From Thermoleophilia bacterium (GTDB lineage: Bacteria > Actinomycetota > Thermoleophilia > BMS3ABIN01): a stretch of 64,000 nt of DNA. Positions 28,622 through 38,682 of this stretch are shown here, piece by piece; position 1 is the first letter of the stretch; every line of letters begins with the position of its first letter. The notes below the pieces were generated by a model. It was not told the origin of the DNA. It made no database searches and was given only the letters and a program-made list of their open reading frames with translations. Location of the stretch: the NCBI GenBank assembly GCA_020053595.1, contig JAGVMV010000046.1, positions 197 through 64,196 of the forward strand, written 5' to 3'. Position numbers and translations under genes: made by a program.

Positions 28622-30060
28622 TCTTCCTGCCCCCCGCTTTTCATGGCCCCACGCTTTAGCAACCAGCGATATGGGCGGCAGCTAACCATCCGGGAATAGG
28701 AATAGACGAGGAAATGGCGCAACTTCAGGTTGCCTTTGGTGCTAACGTAGACAGCGCGCACCAGGCGCCCGGCCTTGCGGCCGCCGAACTTCATTCCCAG
28801 TATCTCTTCCGCCCCGCGGCGGGCGATGTTGTAATCGACGCCCTTCACCTTGGCCTTCTCCGGGCTGAACGACAAGAGGTCATTGGGACCTGACACCAGC
28901 GACAGGTTCCGTTCCTCGCAGTATGTGGCCAGATGCGTGCCCGGCAGCGGCGTGAAAAAGGCCACGCTTGCAAAATGCGGTCTGGTACGGCGCGCCAGCT
29001 CCACGGAAGCGGCGATATCCTCGGGCGTCTCCGTCGGGATGCCGAACATAAAGCTGCCGCTGAACAGCAGGCCGTGCTTACGGCAGAGCTCTGCCGAGCG
29101 GTAGTTGTGCTCTACCTGGCAGCCCTTGTTGAGGAAATCCAGTATCTTCTGGCTGCCGCTCTCCCAGCCCATCAGGACAAGCTTGAGTCCCACTTCCTTC
29201 ATCGCTGCCAGAGCCTCTTCAGCGCGGCAGAGCGACGCAGCCCGGGTCTGGATCATGATAGGGGCGCCAATGCCGGTAGAGCCGTATGCCTCGGCGAATC
29301 TGAGCGCCCAGTTGGGATTAGCCAGGAAGTCGGAGTTGTAGAACTTGAGGCTCCTGAAGCCCCAGCGGCGGTGCAGTAACTTCAGCTCTTCGATGACGTG
29401 CTCCACGCTTTTGTAGCGCATCCGTTTGCCGAACATCACCTCAGCGTGAGGGGCGCAGAAATTGCAGCGAAAGGCGCAGCCGCGGCAGGTGAGCATGGTG
29501 ACCATCGGCGACTTGAAAACTCCGGGGTAGTTGGGCAGCTTCACCGTTTGGGCGTAGTCGTAGAGTTCGCGGTCTTCGAACGGCAGCTCGTTCAGATCGG
29601 GGCTGGCGCCACGGAATACCCGTTCCCGGCTGCGACCCGCCTCGATGTCACCCAGGAGCTCGGCGAAGGCTATCTCGCCCTCTCCCTGGATGATGTAATC
29701 CACCAGGTCGGGCCGGGGCATATCATCCGGAGCGACTGTTGGGTGGGGTCCGCCGATTACAGTCTTTACCGCCGGGTTGGCCGCCTTGGCGGACTCGAGG
29801 ATGTGCTCCACATTGGGGTGGTCGCAGCTGCGCATGGTGATGGCGACTACATCCGGACGGGCGATCCTGATGCGCGAATCGAAATCGTCCCAATCTTTCA
29901 GGTGGCGGATATCCAGCAAGTCGATATCGCGGTATCCCTTTTCCTTGGCGTATGCGCTCACCGAACAGAGCCCGTGGTTGAGCACCGAGGACCAGTGGGA
30001 GTCCCAATAGGTGTTAAAGCTTTCCGGCCCGAAGCCGGGGTCGATAAAAGTGATTTTCAT
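28618..30060 (-). CDS. Cobalamin-binding radical SAM enzyme (class-B rSAM family)
   Basis: N-terminal B12-binding Rossmann-like domain. Radical-SAM CRGCAFRCNFC (CxxxCxxC) cluster motif. 480 aa. Confidence 0.83.
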   Translation of the reverse strand: MKITFIDPGFGPESFNTYWDSHWSSVLNHGLCSVSAYAKEKGYRDIDLLDIRHLKDWDDFDSRIRIARPDVVAITMRSCDHPNVEHILESAKAANPAVKTVIGGPHPTVAPDDMPRPDLVDYIIQGEGEIAFAELLGDIEAGRSRERVFRGASPDLNELPFEDRELYDYAQTVKLPNYPGVFKSPMVTMLTCRGCAFRCNFCAPHAEVMFGKRMRYKSVEHVIEELKLLHRRWGFRSLKFYNSDFLANPNWALRFAEAYGSTGIGAPIMIQTRAASLCRAEEALAAMKEVGLKLVLMGWESGSQKILDFLNKGCQVEHNYRSAELCRKHGLLFSGSFMFGIPTETPEDIAASVELARRTRPHFASVAFFTPLPGTHLATYCEERNLSLVSGPNDLLSFSPEKAKVKGVDYNIARRGAEEILGMKFGGRKAGRLVRAVYVSTKGNLKLRHFLVYSYSRMVSCRPYRWLLKRGAMKSGGQEE

Positions 30061-31184
30061 CCCGTGAGCGCCCCCCTTTCCGCAGTTGCCATTTCGTAGA
30101 TTTTTTGCATGCGATCAGCGTTATCCTGCCAGCCGTATCTGTCAAGTACCAGCCGCCGCCCCGCCTGGCCCATCTGGCGGCGCAGGTTCGCGTCGGCGGC
30201 CAGCCTCACGATCTGCCGGGCGGTGATTTCGCTGTCCATCGGCGGCACCAGGAAGCCGGTCTCGCCGTCACGCACGACTTCGGGAAGGCCGCCCACGTTA
30301 GAGACTACCACCGGGATGGCGCAGGCCGAGGCTTCCACGACCGAGACCCCAAAGGTCTCGGACTCTGGCAGCGAGGCGAAGATGTCTATCTGGCGCAGGA
30401 AGGCCATCACCTTGTGGTGGGGCAGGTTGCCCACAAAAGTGACGTGGTTGGCTATCCCGAGCCGCCGCCCCAGCTTTTTCAGGCTCTTCTCTAGGGAGCC
30501 GCCGCCAACGATAAGCAGCGACAGGTCCAGGTCCGGCCTGAGTCGTATCACTTTCTCGAAGGTCTTGATGAGGCGGTCGATGCCATAGTTGCGTTCCAGG
30601 ATCTTCACGGTGCCGATGGTGACCGGCACGTCATCCAGGTACTTCCGGCCATTTGGAGAAAAATTCTTGGTGTCAACGCCGAAGGCGATCGTCTCTACCG
30701 TTGTGCCAGCCGGGCAGTATCTTTCCGTGGCCCGTGACAGGAAGTCGCTGGTTGCCGTGACCACGTCGGCCCGGCGCAAGTTGAATCGCACCAGCCTGCG
30801 GTAAAATGACGACGTTTCAGGCAAGACAACTATTTCCGACCCCAGGGAGGAAATGATCAATGGATGAAAACCGCTGGTAGCACCCACGAACCCGTAGCTG
30901 GTGGCCAGAAAGGCGTGTAACACATCAGGCTGGATCTCTTTTATCAGGCGTTTGACGGTGCGCGCACAAAGGAAATAGGCGGCTTTTTGCAGGCGGCCGC
31001 GACCAGCATGCAGAAGTTCGACCTCGCTGTCGATGAACGGCGGTGGCACGTGGTGCACCGTGGCGTCCTGGATGTCGTGGCCACGGAACGATATCACATG
31101 CACCTCGTGACCCTCGGCTGCGAAGTGGGACACCCATTTCTGGGTGTGCGGGCTCTTGGCGTCAGCCAGGTAGCAGATTCTCAC
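30057..31184 (-). CDS. Family-4 (GT-B) glycosyltransferase
   Basis: MRICYL.D..SPHT N-terminus and a C-terminal E..G..V.EA.ACA.PVV motif. Confidence 0.83.
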   Translation of the reverse strand: MRICYLADAKSPHTQKWVSHFAAEGHEVHVISFRGHDIQDATVHHVPPPFIDSEVELLHAGRGRLQKAAYFLCARTVKRLIKEIQPDVLHAFLATSYGFVGATSGFHPLIISSLGSEIVVLPETSSFYRRLVRFNLRRADVVTATSDFLSRATERYCPAGTTVETIAFGVDTKNFSPNGRKYLDDVPVTIGTVKILERNYGIDRLIKTFEKVIRLRPDLDLSLLIVGGGSLEKSLKKLGRRLGIANHVTFVGNLPHHKVMAFLRQIDIFASLPESETFGVSVVEASACAIPVVVSNVGGLPEVVRDGETGFLVPPMDSEITARQIVRLAADANLRRQMGQAGRRLVLDRYGWQDNADRMQKIYEMATAERGALTG

Positions 31185-32335
31185 GGTGCGCCTCCGGTGA
31201 ACTCCAGGTATTTTCCGGATATGGCGTCTACGCGCTGCTGCCAGGTGTTACGGCGGGCAGCTTCCACGCGGCGGTCGGCTGATTCCTGGCTGGTATCGCC
31301 GAGAGCCTCGCCAACCATCTTGACCATCTCGTCCTGGTCATGGCCCACGTACACGATATCCTCAAGCCCTGCCAGCGCCGGGATGTCAGGAGCCACCACC
31401 GGTTTGCCCGTGGCCAGATATTCATAGAGCTTGGTGGGCGAGATATTGCGGACGAAATCGTTCATGCGGTACGGGATCAGACACACGTCGAAGCCTTTCA
31501 TGAATCCGGGCAGCGACGCCAATGGTTGATTACCCATCATCTTTATATTTGAAACTTTTTCCAGCTCCGGGAAGGCTTTGCGGGCGGGCCCGACGAGCAC
31601 AAATCGGCACTCAGGGTAATGCTCGGCGCAGGCCTTCAGGAAATCCGTGTCCAGGCGATCGTCGAGGACACCGCTGAATCCGATGACGGGGGAACCGTTG
31701 TCACGCACCCCCGGTGGAACCAGAGTGCCGGCCTCCCGCGCCTGGTGATAATGGTCGAAATCCACCCCATTGGGGACGTTGATTATCTGCCGGCACCAGG
31801 GCTCCTTGTCCCGGTAGACCTGTTCGGAACATGTGACAACCAGGTCGGCGCTCTCGAGCAGCCGCCGCTCCTGTTTCTGGATGAGCCCGCGGCGGCCCCA
31901 ACCGACGGCAGTGAACTCATCGATGCAGTGGTAGAGGACAAAACTCTCGCCCAGCTTGCCGACCAGCTCCACGGCGGTGGGAAGATAAAGCCACAGGAGT
32001 GGATTGCTAAAGCCCAGCCGGCGGGAAGCATGACGAGTCCAGGAAAGGACAAGCTGCTGGCTGACACGGTTGATGGCGTTGACCGCCCGCTTGAACGGGA
32101 GCGCCGGGGGACAGGTGGTAATCCAAAGGTTATCTTCCTTCTGCCGCAGGCCACCGGTGAAATCAACCAGTTTGCGCCAGCGCTCGGGATACCGGATCGG
32201 GAGATAAGAGAGAGGCGGCTCCACATAAAGCACCCGGTTTGTACCAGAAAGAAGCTTCATGATCTGTTGATGGGTTATCCAGGGCGAATCCCAGTAGCCG
32301 GGGGAGATGCAGATGACGTCATGGCCTTCGATCAT
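31181..32335 (-). CDS. Family-4 (GT-B) glycosyltransferase
   Basis: GT-B C-terminal domain (KLYEYLATGKPVVA). Confidence 0.78.
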   Translation of the reverse strand: MIEGHDVICISPGYWDSPWITHQQIMKLLSGTNRVLYVEPPLSYLPIRYPERWRKLVDFTGGLRQKEDNLWITTCPPALPFKRAVNAINRVSQQLVLSWTRHASRRLGFSNPLLWLYLPTAVELVGKLGESFVLYHCIDEFTAVGWGRRGLIQKQERRLLESADLVVTCSEQVYRDKEPWCRQIINVPNGVDFDHYHQAREAGTLVPPGVRDNGSPVIGFSGVLDDRLDTDFLKACAEHYPECRFVLVGPARKAFPELEKVSNIKMMGNQPLASLPGFMKGFDVCLIPYRMNDFVRNISPTKLYEYLATGKPVVAPDIPALAGLEDIVYVGHDQDEMVKMVGEALGDTSQESADRRVEAARRNTWQQRVDAISGKYLEFTGGAP

Positions 32336-32339
32336 GAAA

Positions 32340-33020
32340 CTAGCATTTTATTGCCCTTATTAACCATTGAACGGCTAAATAGTTCAAAGAGCGCTTAAGT
32401 GAAAGGGTTCGCAAAATCGAAAACATCAGTCTGGTCTTCTTCGAAAGCATTTGCCGGTCATACTCGTTATGTTTTACGAGATCAATTTTGAACCCAGCGT
32501 TAAAAAGTGCATTTCTGATCTCTGTGATCGTGAAAAACCTTAAATGTGTCCTGTCCAGGATTCCATAATCATCGTAGTGAAACTTGTCTTTAAATAGTAA
32601 TGGTCCTAATACGGAGAAATGAGAAACATTGGGGATGCTGATAACTATCACGCCACCTGGCTCAAGCAGCCAATAACATTTTTTTAATAGAGCCCAAGGG
32701 TCAGATAGATGTTCCAATATATCTGCCAAAATAATGCAGTCCCAATTGCCCGCCGCAAGTTCATCTGAATATATCAAAGTTTCGATATCACCCGTCATAA
32801 CTTTATCAAGAGAGCACCGGGCAGCCTTGGCGGCCTCTGCGTTTAAATCAATACCCGTTATATAACATGGCTGCCGTTGTTTGATTGTTCTTCCCAAAAT
32901 ACCTGCACCACAGCCACAGTCCAGAATCTCGAAACATTCATTGGGAATGAGCGGCAGGATGTCGTACCTGGAGTTACGGAAATATGCGCGGCTCTCTATC
33001 TCTTTCATATTAGTGGTCAT
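32340..33020 (-). CDS. Class-I SAM-dependent methyltransferase (AT-rich gene)
   Basis: ILDCGCGAG SAM motif. Markedly lower GC than its neighbours, judged by eye. Confidence 0.72.
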   Translation of the reverse strand: MTTNMKEIESRAYFRNSRYDILPLIPNECFEILDCGCGAGILGRTIKQRQPCYITGIDLNAEAAKAARCSLDKVMTGDIETLIYSDELAAGNWDCIILADILEHLSDPWALLKKCYWLLEPGGVIVISIPNVSHFSVLGPLLFKDKFHYDDYGILDRTHLRFFTITEIRNALFNAGFKIDLVKHNEYDRQMLSKKTRLMFSILRTLSLKRSLNYLAVQWLIRAIKC

Positions 33021-34155
33021 GTTCACGGAGAAACTCCTCATAGATGCTCAGACACTGGCGGGCGGCGTTTTCCCAGGAAAAAATAGCAGCCCGGGCAGGT
33101 CCGCGGGCTCCTAACCGAGCGGCCAGTTCCGAGTCCATCATGAGGGCGCCAATGGCTGCGGCAATCTCAGTTGTGGAACGAGGGTTCACCAGAACCGCTG
33201 CACCATTGGCTACCTCTTCCATGGGAGAATCTTTTGATGTCACCATCGGGGTTCCACTGGCCATGGCCTCGAGCACCGGCAGGCCAAACCCCTCGTAAAG
33301 TGAAGGATAGAGCGCCGCCACGGCGCCACGGTACAGGGCTGGCATGGCTTCGTCCGGAACGTATCCGGTGAAACGGACCCAGTCTTCCAGGCCATTCTCC
33401 CTCACGAAAGTTACCAGCGCATGCCCCACTTCTGCAAGTTCGCCCGTGACCAGGAGTTCGGCCTCGCTGCCGGTGGCGGTACGGGCCATGGCGAATGCTT
33501 TGACCATGCGGCGAAGGTTCTTTCTGGTGCCCAGGCCGCCAGTATAGAGAAAGTACGGTTTGTCGGAAGGTCTGAAAGCATTCGCCGCAGCCACGCCGGC
33601 ATCTGCGCGCCCGTTGAGGAAGCAGGCGGGAAGGCCATTCCTCACAATCCGGACCTTACCCCGGGCGCCGGGAAGATGCTTTAGTATCTCCTGGCGCGAG
33701 AAATCCGACACGGTAACCACGGCCGCCGCGCGGCGCGAGAGTAGGCGCAGCAGGCCGTTCTGGTATATACGGGTAGCTGCTGAGTGGCGATACGGCGCCG
33801 CGTAAGTATCCATGTCATGGATGGTGAGGATAAAAGGTGCTCGAGTCAGGATAGGTTCCACATAATATGGGAAGTGCATCAAACTAATGCCCGCCCGCTT
33901 CACGGCCTGGTGCAGGAGGATTTGCCGATAGAAGACGGAGCCTAACCGGCTACCTGGGTTACCAACTTGTGGAACTGGCATCAGCTGTAATCGCCCGTGA
34001 TCCGCCAGCTCGTCCAGGTTGACGTCGCTACCGGTGAAGGCAATGAACTCGTGGGGAGAATCGGCTTCCACCAGCGCCTGCAACAGGTTATAGCTCTGAG
34101 CGCCGAGGCCGGTCCTCTTATCGGTGACATATGTGGCATCGTATCCTATCCGCAT
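33010..34155 (-). CDS. Family-4 (GT-B) glycosyltransferase
   Basis: Y.GG.G.RKN......A.......L...G, EGFGLPVLEAMASGTP; the likely start is MRIGYDATYV. Confidence 0.8.
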   Translation of the reverse strand: MRIGYDATYVTDKRTGLGAQSYNLLQALVEADSPHEFIAFTGSDVNLDELADHGRLQLMPVPQVGNPGSRLGSVFYRQILLHQAVKRAGISLMHFPYYVEPILTRAPFILTIHDMDTYAAPYRHSAATRIYQNGLLRLLSRRAAAVVTVSDFSRQEILKHLPGARGKVRIVRNGLPACFLNGRADAGVAAANAFRPSDKPYFLYTGGLGTRKNLRRMVKAFAMARTATGSEAELLVTGELAEVGHALVTFVRENGLEDWVRFTGYVPDEAMPALYRGAVAALYPSLYEGFGLPVLEAMASGTPMVTSKDSPMEEVANGAAVLVNPRSTTEIAAAIGALMMDSELAARLGARGPARAAIFSWENAARQCLSIYEEFLREHDH

Positions 34156-34171
34156 ATCGACCAGGAAAATA

Positions 34172-35644
34172 TCATGCCTCGCGCTCGGCGAGGGCGGGTT
34201 TGAGCAGACGGGCCAGAAACTCCAGGTCGGTCCTGCCCAAGGCTCGGGTGATGAAAAGCATCGCCGTGTATATCGCGGCGCCCAGGACAACGAGCATCCC
34301 CAGCGGGAGGAAAGGCAAGGCCAGCAAGACCGTGGTCATGACCGCCGCCGCTGCCACGGGACGGACCGCCAGTCTCACCAGTCCCAGGGAACCAATATGC
34401 CGCTTAAAGAACCAGAGGTAAAGGGCGCCGGCGACCAACTCCGTGAGCACGGTGGCAATGCTGGCCCCGATGGCGCTGTAGCGGGGGATAAGGAACAGGT
34501 TGAGGCCCACGTTCACGGCGATGCCGCTCCCGGTCACGACCACATTGAGCGACTGGCGGTTGATGGAGGTGAGACTGACGGGGCAGATGCAACTGAGGAA
34601 GGTGAGCACCAGCGACCAGATCAGAATCTGCAGCGGCAACACTGAAGCCAGGTAAGCGTCCCCAAACAGAAAAGGTACGATGCGGCCGGCGAGCACCGCG
34701 GTGCCGAAACCCACGGGAATACCTATCATGGCCATGTAGCGGAGCGTGCGGCGCGACGCGGATAGTAGTGAACCGCGGCTGGCCACCGTTATTCGCGCTA
34801 GGCCCGGAAAGACGGCGCCCATGATGGCGGCCGGAATAAACATCAGCGATTCCATCAAGCGGAACGCGGCCGCGTAGGTGCCGACATCCTCATCGCTCTT
34901 CATCGCCGCCAGCATAATTAAATCAATCTTGAAATAGATGAAAAAGAATGCCCCGTAGAACAGGAAGGGCAGGGATTGGGCGATCATTGTCCGCATCAAG
35001 GACCAGCTTGGAACAGCTGTGAGGCGGCAGCCAAGGCGGCGTAGCATGACCCAGGCAATCACGAGGGATATGACGCAGCTTGCCGCATACGACCAGGCAA
35101 GGGGCACCAGGCGATAACCGGCGATGAGCACGCCGGCGGCCAGCGCTAGCCGCACTGCTTCCGAGAGGAAGCTGACCAGGGCCAGATAACCCATCCGTTC
35201 CACGCCCTGCATCACCGCGACCAGCGAATGAAAGGCTCCCAGGGGGATGAGCGCCACGATGAACACCAGGATGATTGACCGGCTGTCCGGGGCCATGCCG
35301 GTGAAGGTGAAAAGGCCGGCCGCCGCCAGCAGCGCCAGTGACGCCAGCACCAGCTTAACAAGGATTGTGTTTGTCACATAGGCGGCAACCGTGTCATGAT
35401 CGCGGGCGATCTCACGCACGGAGAGCTGGTTGAAGCCAAGCTCATTGACCAGCGATATGATCCCGATTACCGCAATGGCCAGAGCGTAAGTGCCAAAGTC
35501 GGCAACATCAAGGTAGCGCGCCAGCAGGATAACGCCGCCGAACGCCGCCAGCTTGCTGAGCACTTGCGAGATCAGCATGTATGCCGAGTTGTGTGCCACC
35601 CGGACGGCGCCAGAGCCGGCAGCATTTAAGGGTGGATTGCTCAT
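34172..35644 (-). CDS. Polysaccharide flippase (Wzx, MOP superfamily)
   Basis: About 490 aa with 12+ predicted TM helices. N-terminal NSAYMLISQVLSKL resembles Wzx/RfbX. Confidence 0.78.
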   Translation of the reverse strand: MSNPPLNAAGSGAVRVAHNSAYMLISQVLSKLAAFGGVILLARYLDVADFGTYALAIAVIGIISLVNELGFNQLSVREIARDHDTVAAYVTNTILVKLVLASLALLAAAGLFTFTGMAPDSRSIILVFIVALIPLGAFHSLVAVMQGVERMGYLALVSFLSEAVRLALAAGVLIAGYRLVPLAWSYAASCVISLVIAWVMLRRLGCRLTAVPSWSLMRTMIAQSLPFLFYGAFFFIYFKIDLIMLAAMKSDEDVGTYAAAFRLMESLMFIPAAIMGAVFPGLARITVASRGSLLSASRRTLRYMAMIGIPVGFGTAVLAGRIVPFLFGDAYLASVLPLQILIWSLVLTFLSCICPVSLTSINRQSLNVVVTGSGIAVNVGLNLFLIPRYSAIGASIATVLTELVAGALYLWFFKRHIGSLGLVRLAVRPVAAAAVMTTVLLALPFLPLGMLVVLGAAIYTAMLFITRALGRTDLEFLARLLKPALAEREA

Positions 35645-36693
35645 GATCCCTCTTTTACAGCGAAAACCACCAGCCCGTTCCCCTTGCCTGCATAACCGCA
35701 GGCGTAAACCAGGGGAAACGAAATGAGCCGGGAGATGGCGGGGCTGAGCCAGAGGCACTTACCTGTTCTTTCCTGCCAGAACTGGAGATTCAAGACGAAG
35801 TTGGCAGGGATAAAGTCACCCTTCACCTTGAGGACCCTAAACCCACTTCTTTGCAGCATGTCAGAGATGGCGGAGCGGTCGAAGTGATAAAGGTGGCGGG
35901 GGGCCTCCCAGGGGGACCAGTATCCGCCGAACCAGCGCGACTCCATGCTGCCGGCGTTCGGCACCCTGATACAAACGAGGCCACCGGGTTTAAGGATGCG
36001 ATGGGTTTCGCGGAGGATGGCCCGGGGGCTGGGCATGTGCTCCAGTGTCTGGTTGAAATAAGCGACATCGAAAGCACCGTCTTCAAAACCGGCTGCCAGC
36101 AGGTCTCCATTGAAGACGTCAAAACCCCTTTTGACCACGCGGGCAGCCGCGAAACTGCTCGGCTCCACACCTGCCACCTCCCATCCAAGCCTGCGGAAGC
36201 GTTCCAGGTTGTGGCCGTTGCCTGAACCGACATCGAGCAACCTTCCGTTCGGCACATAGGGGATAAGATTAGTGTCGCGTCCGGCAGCCCGGAATAAAAT
36301 ATTGATGCCCTTGATGAAAACCGATGGCATGCTGCGACCGGAAGGAAGAAGATGCGGGTAATTGTAAGCGCCGCCGAGCAAGGTTCTTTCAGCCCAATTG
36401 TAGAGTTTTCGCGCGCGGCCTCCCTCGGGGACGAGACCGGCGTCAGCCTCACCAGGGAACACATAATATTCTTCCCCGTAATGTTCGCCGAGGAAGGCTG
36501 CCCGCGGTCGCGGGTCGAGGTATATCAGGCCGCACTCCTGGCATTTGACCAGTTGATATCGATCGTCAGGTTGCAGCCGGTCCGATACCTCGAGGAAATC
36601 CGCGCTGTGGGAGCTGCCGCAGCCGTCGCAGCGGTCTACCGTTTCCAGGCGCGTGTTGTCAGGCGAGCTTTTTTGTTCCATAACCCCAGACAT
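35641..36693 (-). CDS. SAM-dependent methyltransferase with N-terminal Cys4 zinc-ribbon
   Basis: CDGCGS...CQECG ribbon followed by a class-I MTase domain (LLDVGSGNGHNL, LKPGG). Confidence 0.72.
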   Translation of the reverse strand: MSGVMEQKSSPDNTRLETVDRCDGCGSSHSADFLEVSDRLQPDDRYQLVKCQECGLIYLDPRPRAAFLGEHYGEEYYVFPGEADAGLVPEGGRARKLYNWAERTLLGGAYNYPHLLPSGRSMPSVFIKGINILFRAAGRDTNLIPYVPNGRLLDVGSGNGHNLERFRRLGWEVAGVEPSSFAAARVVKRGFDVFNGDLLAAGFEDGAFDVAYFNQTLEHMPSPRAILRETHRILKPGGLVCIRVPNAGSMESRWFGGYWSPWEAPRHLYHFDRSAISDMLQRSGFRVLKVKGDFIPANFVLNLQFWQERTGKCLWLSPAISRLISFPLVYACGYAGKGNGLVVFAVKEGS

Positions 36694-37693
36694 CCATCTT
36701 TCCTTTCAGTTCTTCAAGCTCGCGGCTGAAGCCGAGCTCATGCAAAATCGTTCCCAACCTGTGGAAGTAGGTATGCTCGTCCAGGACGCGGCGGCGGGCC
36801 TTCTCGATATACGGTTCCCGCTTTTCCGGATGGCTGATGAAGAATTCAGCCATGTCCGCCATTTCCCGTGGCGAGGAAGCCATCGGTATCTCGTCAGCAG
36901 TGAAGTACCCTTCGGTGTGGATGCAGGCGACTGGGTCGGTGACGGTGAATCCGCCCGATAATGGCAGCTTGAACAAACGTTCGGTCGCCTCGTAACCATA
37001 AATGCGGCCATGCGGCTCGTGGATACACGGGGTGAAAGTGGCGGAGCGAAAGAGCCGGTTGAGCGCGTCGTCCTCCAGAAAGTCCCCCCGGCTTAGCCCG
37101 TCTGGCCAGCCGCGGCCGTAAATGACTGTACGATAGCGGCTGGCGTAGCTTAGCAGATAATCGTGAAGCCCCGGAGCCTTATTGGCCCAGTAACCGCCCA
37201 CAAAACAGATATCACAATCATAATCCGGGTCAAAACCGGGATCAACGTGGCGGATGGAATCACCGGCCAGCGGCAAAGAGAGCACCCGCCGGCCTTCTTT
37301 AGTCTCCCATTTGTTCCACCCCCGCTCAATACCCAGCGGCGAAGTGTGGTGGAAGAGCAGGTCGGGATCGAGCTTGCGGATCCAGCGGACATCGCGCCAT
37401 TTGGTGCGGTAGCCCTGGCGGGCATTCTCGGGATAAGCCCAGGGATCAGCCCATTGATCCACGGCGGCGGCTACCGCCGTTTCCTTTTTTCTAACGCGGC
37501 TGGGGACGCGGTGCCGCATACGCACGTCGGCGATGTAGAGGTCCGGCTGAAACTCTTCGAAGGTCTGCTCCGGGCGGGTGCCGTCCCAGAGCAACATCTC
37601 CCAGCCCAGGGCCTCTACGGCGTTCTTGCGCCCCTGAACAACATAGTAACCGGCGCCGGACCTGTCACTGTTTGCATTATGGATTATGCGCAT
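36659..37693 (-). CDS. Putative glycosyltransferase, CgeB/DUF3880-like (uncertain)
   Basis: DICFVGGYW..K...L..YL and C-terminal EHTYFHRL motifs are reminiscent of the CgeB family. No other domain is recognisable. Confidence 0.4.
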   Translation of the reverse strand: MRIIHNANSDRSGAGYYVVQGRKNAVEALGWEMLLWDGTRPEQTFEEFQPDLYIADVRMRHRVPSRVRKKETAVAAAVDQWADPWAYPENARQGYRTKWRDVRWIRKLDPDLLFHHTSPLGIERGWNKWETKEGRRVLSLPLAGDSIRHVDPGFDPDYDCDICFVGGYWANKAPGLHDYLLSYASRYRTVIYGRGWPDGLSRGDFLEDDALNRLFRSATFTPCIHEPHGRIYGYEATERLFKLPLSGGFTVTDPVACIHTEGYFTADEIPMASSPREMADMAEFFISHPEKREPYIEKARRRVLDEHTYFHRLGTILHELGFSRELEELKGKMDVWGYGTKKLA

Positions 37694-38661
37694 CCTGATT
37701 CCTGACCGGTCTGCCCAAGCACGGATGAGACCGCTGCTTCGACTTTCTCCCAAAACTCTGAAGTAGCGCCCTCCATGTTGATATGGTTGCCGATATCGAA
37801 GTCAAATGAAGTAGCGCCCACATTACCATTGGTCAAAAGGTTGCAGCCGCACAGGGCGGCTTCGACCACCACGCGCCCCATCGGCTCGGGCCAGCGGGGT
37901 AGGTAGACGAAATTCCGGGCGCGGTTCATCAGGCCGGGAATCTCCGAATAATCGACCGGTCCCAGCCACCGGCCGAACCCCGTATCGGCGCCCGGGCCCG
38001 CGGGTCCCGCCAAAGTAATATCACCGCTGGGGAACATCCGTTTGAGATTGTTCATTCCCTTCGCCTCGGATAGCGTACCAACGAAAAGGTTCTCGATGTC
38101 GCGCTCCCCGCCGCGGTCATAAAAGACAGCTGTATCGACGGTCGGCCTGAGCTCGAAATAGTCGCCGATGACATCAATACCCTGAATGTTCTGCATCACC
38201 CGGCGATGCAGGGGGGAGACGAAGGCGCTCAACCGCGCATCACGGTACAGCGCCACCGTCTCCTGGGCAAAGCAGCCCCGGCGGCGCAGCAGCCGGTGCG
38301 ACTGGACGCCGAAACTCCTCTTGTGGCGGCATTTTTTGCCGTCTGTTTCACCGTTGCACGGCAGATAACCCAGGTCACAGGCACCGGTATAAGCGTTATC
38401 AAGTAACATATAAGGACCAGAAGTCAAGTCGCGGATGATCTCGTCATCCAGCCGGCTGCGGGCTGAAGGCTGGTTGTAGATATCACCGAAGATGACCATG
38501 TCCGGCTTGTCGAACAGGTCGATAGTGAGATCCGGAAAAGCGGCCGTCACCTTGATGTGGTGATTGCGCTCGTTTCCCGCGGCTAGCAATGAGCGATTTA
38601 CGGCCTCTCCGCCCCCGCCGGGAAAATCCGGATTGATCTGGGTTACGAAGTTAATCTTCAT
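37684..38661 (-). CDS. Divergent family-4-like glycosyltransferase
   Basis: N-terminal MKINFVTQINPDFPGGGGE and C-terminal PEPMGRVVVEAALCGCNLLTNGNVGA, a GT-B signature. Confidence 0.55.
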   Translation of the reverse strand: MKINFVTQINPDFPGGGGEAVNRSLLAAGNERNHHIKVTAAFPDLTIDLFDKPDMVIFGDIYNQPSARSRLDDEIIRDLTSGPYMLLDNAYTGACDLGYLPCNGETDGKKCRHKRSFGVQSHRLLRRRGCFAQETVALYRDARLSAFVSPLHRRVMQNIQGIDVIGDYFELRPTVDTAVFYDRGGERDIENLFVGTLSEAKGMNNLKRMFPSGDITLAGPAGPGADTGFGRWLGPVDYSEIPGLMNRARNFVYLPRWPEPMGRVVVEAALCGCNLLTNGNVGATSFDFDIGNHINMEGATSEFWEKVEAAVSSVLGQTGQESGCA

Positions 38662-38682
38662 GACTGGATGCGGGCCTGAACT

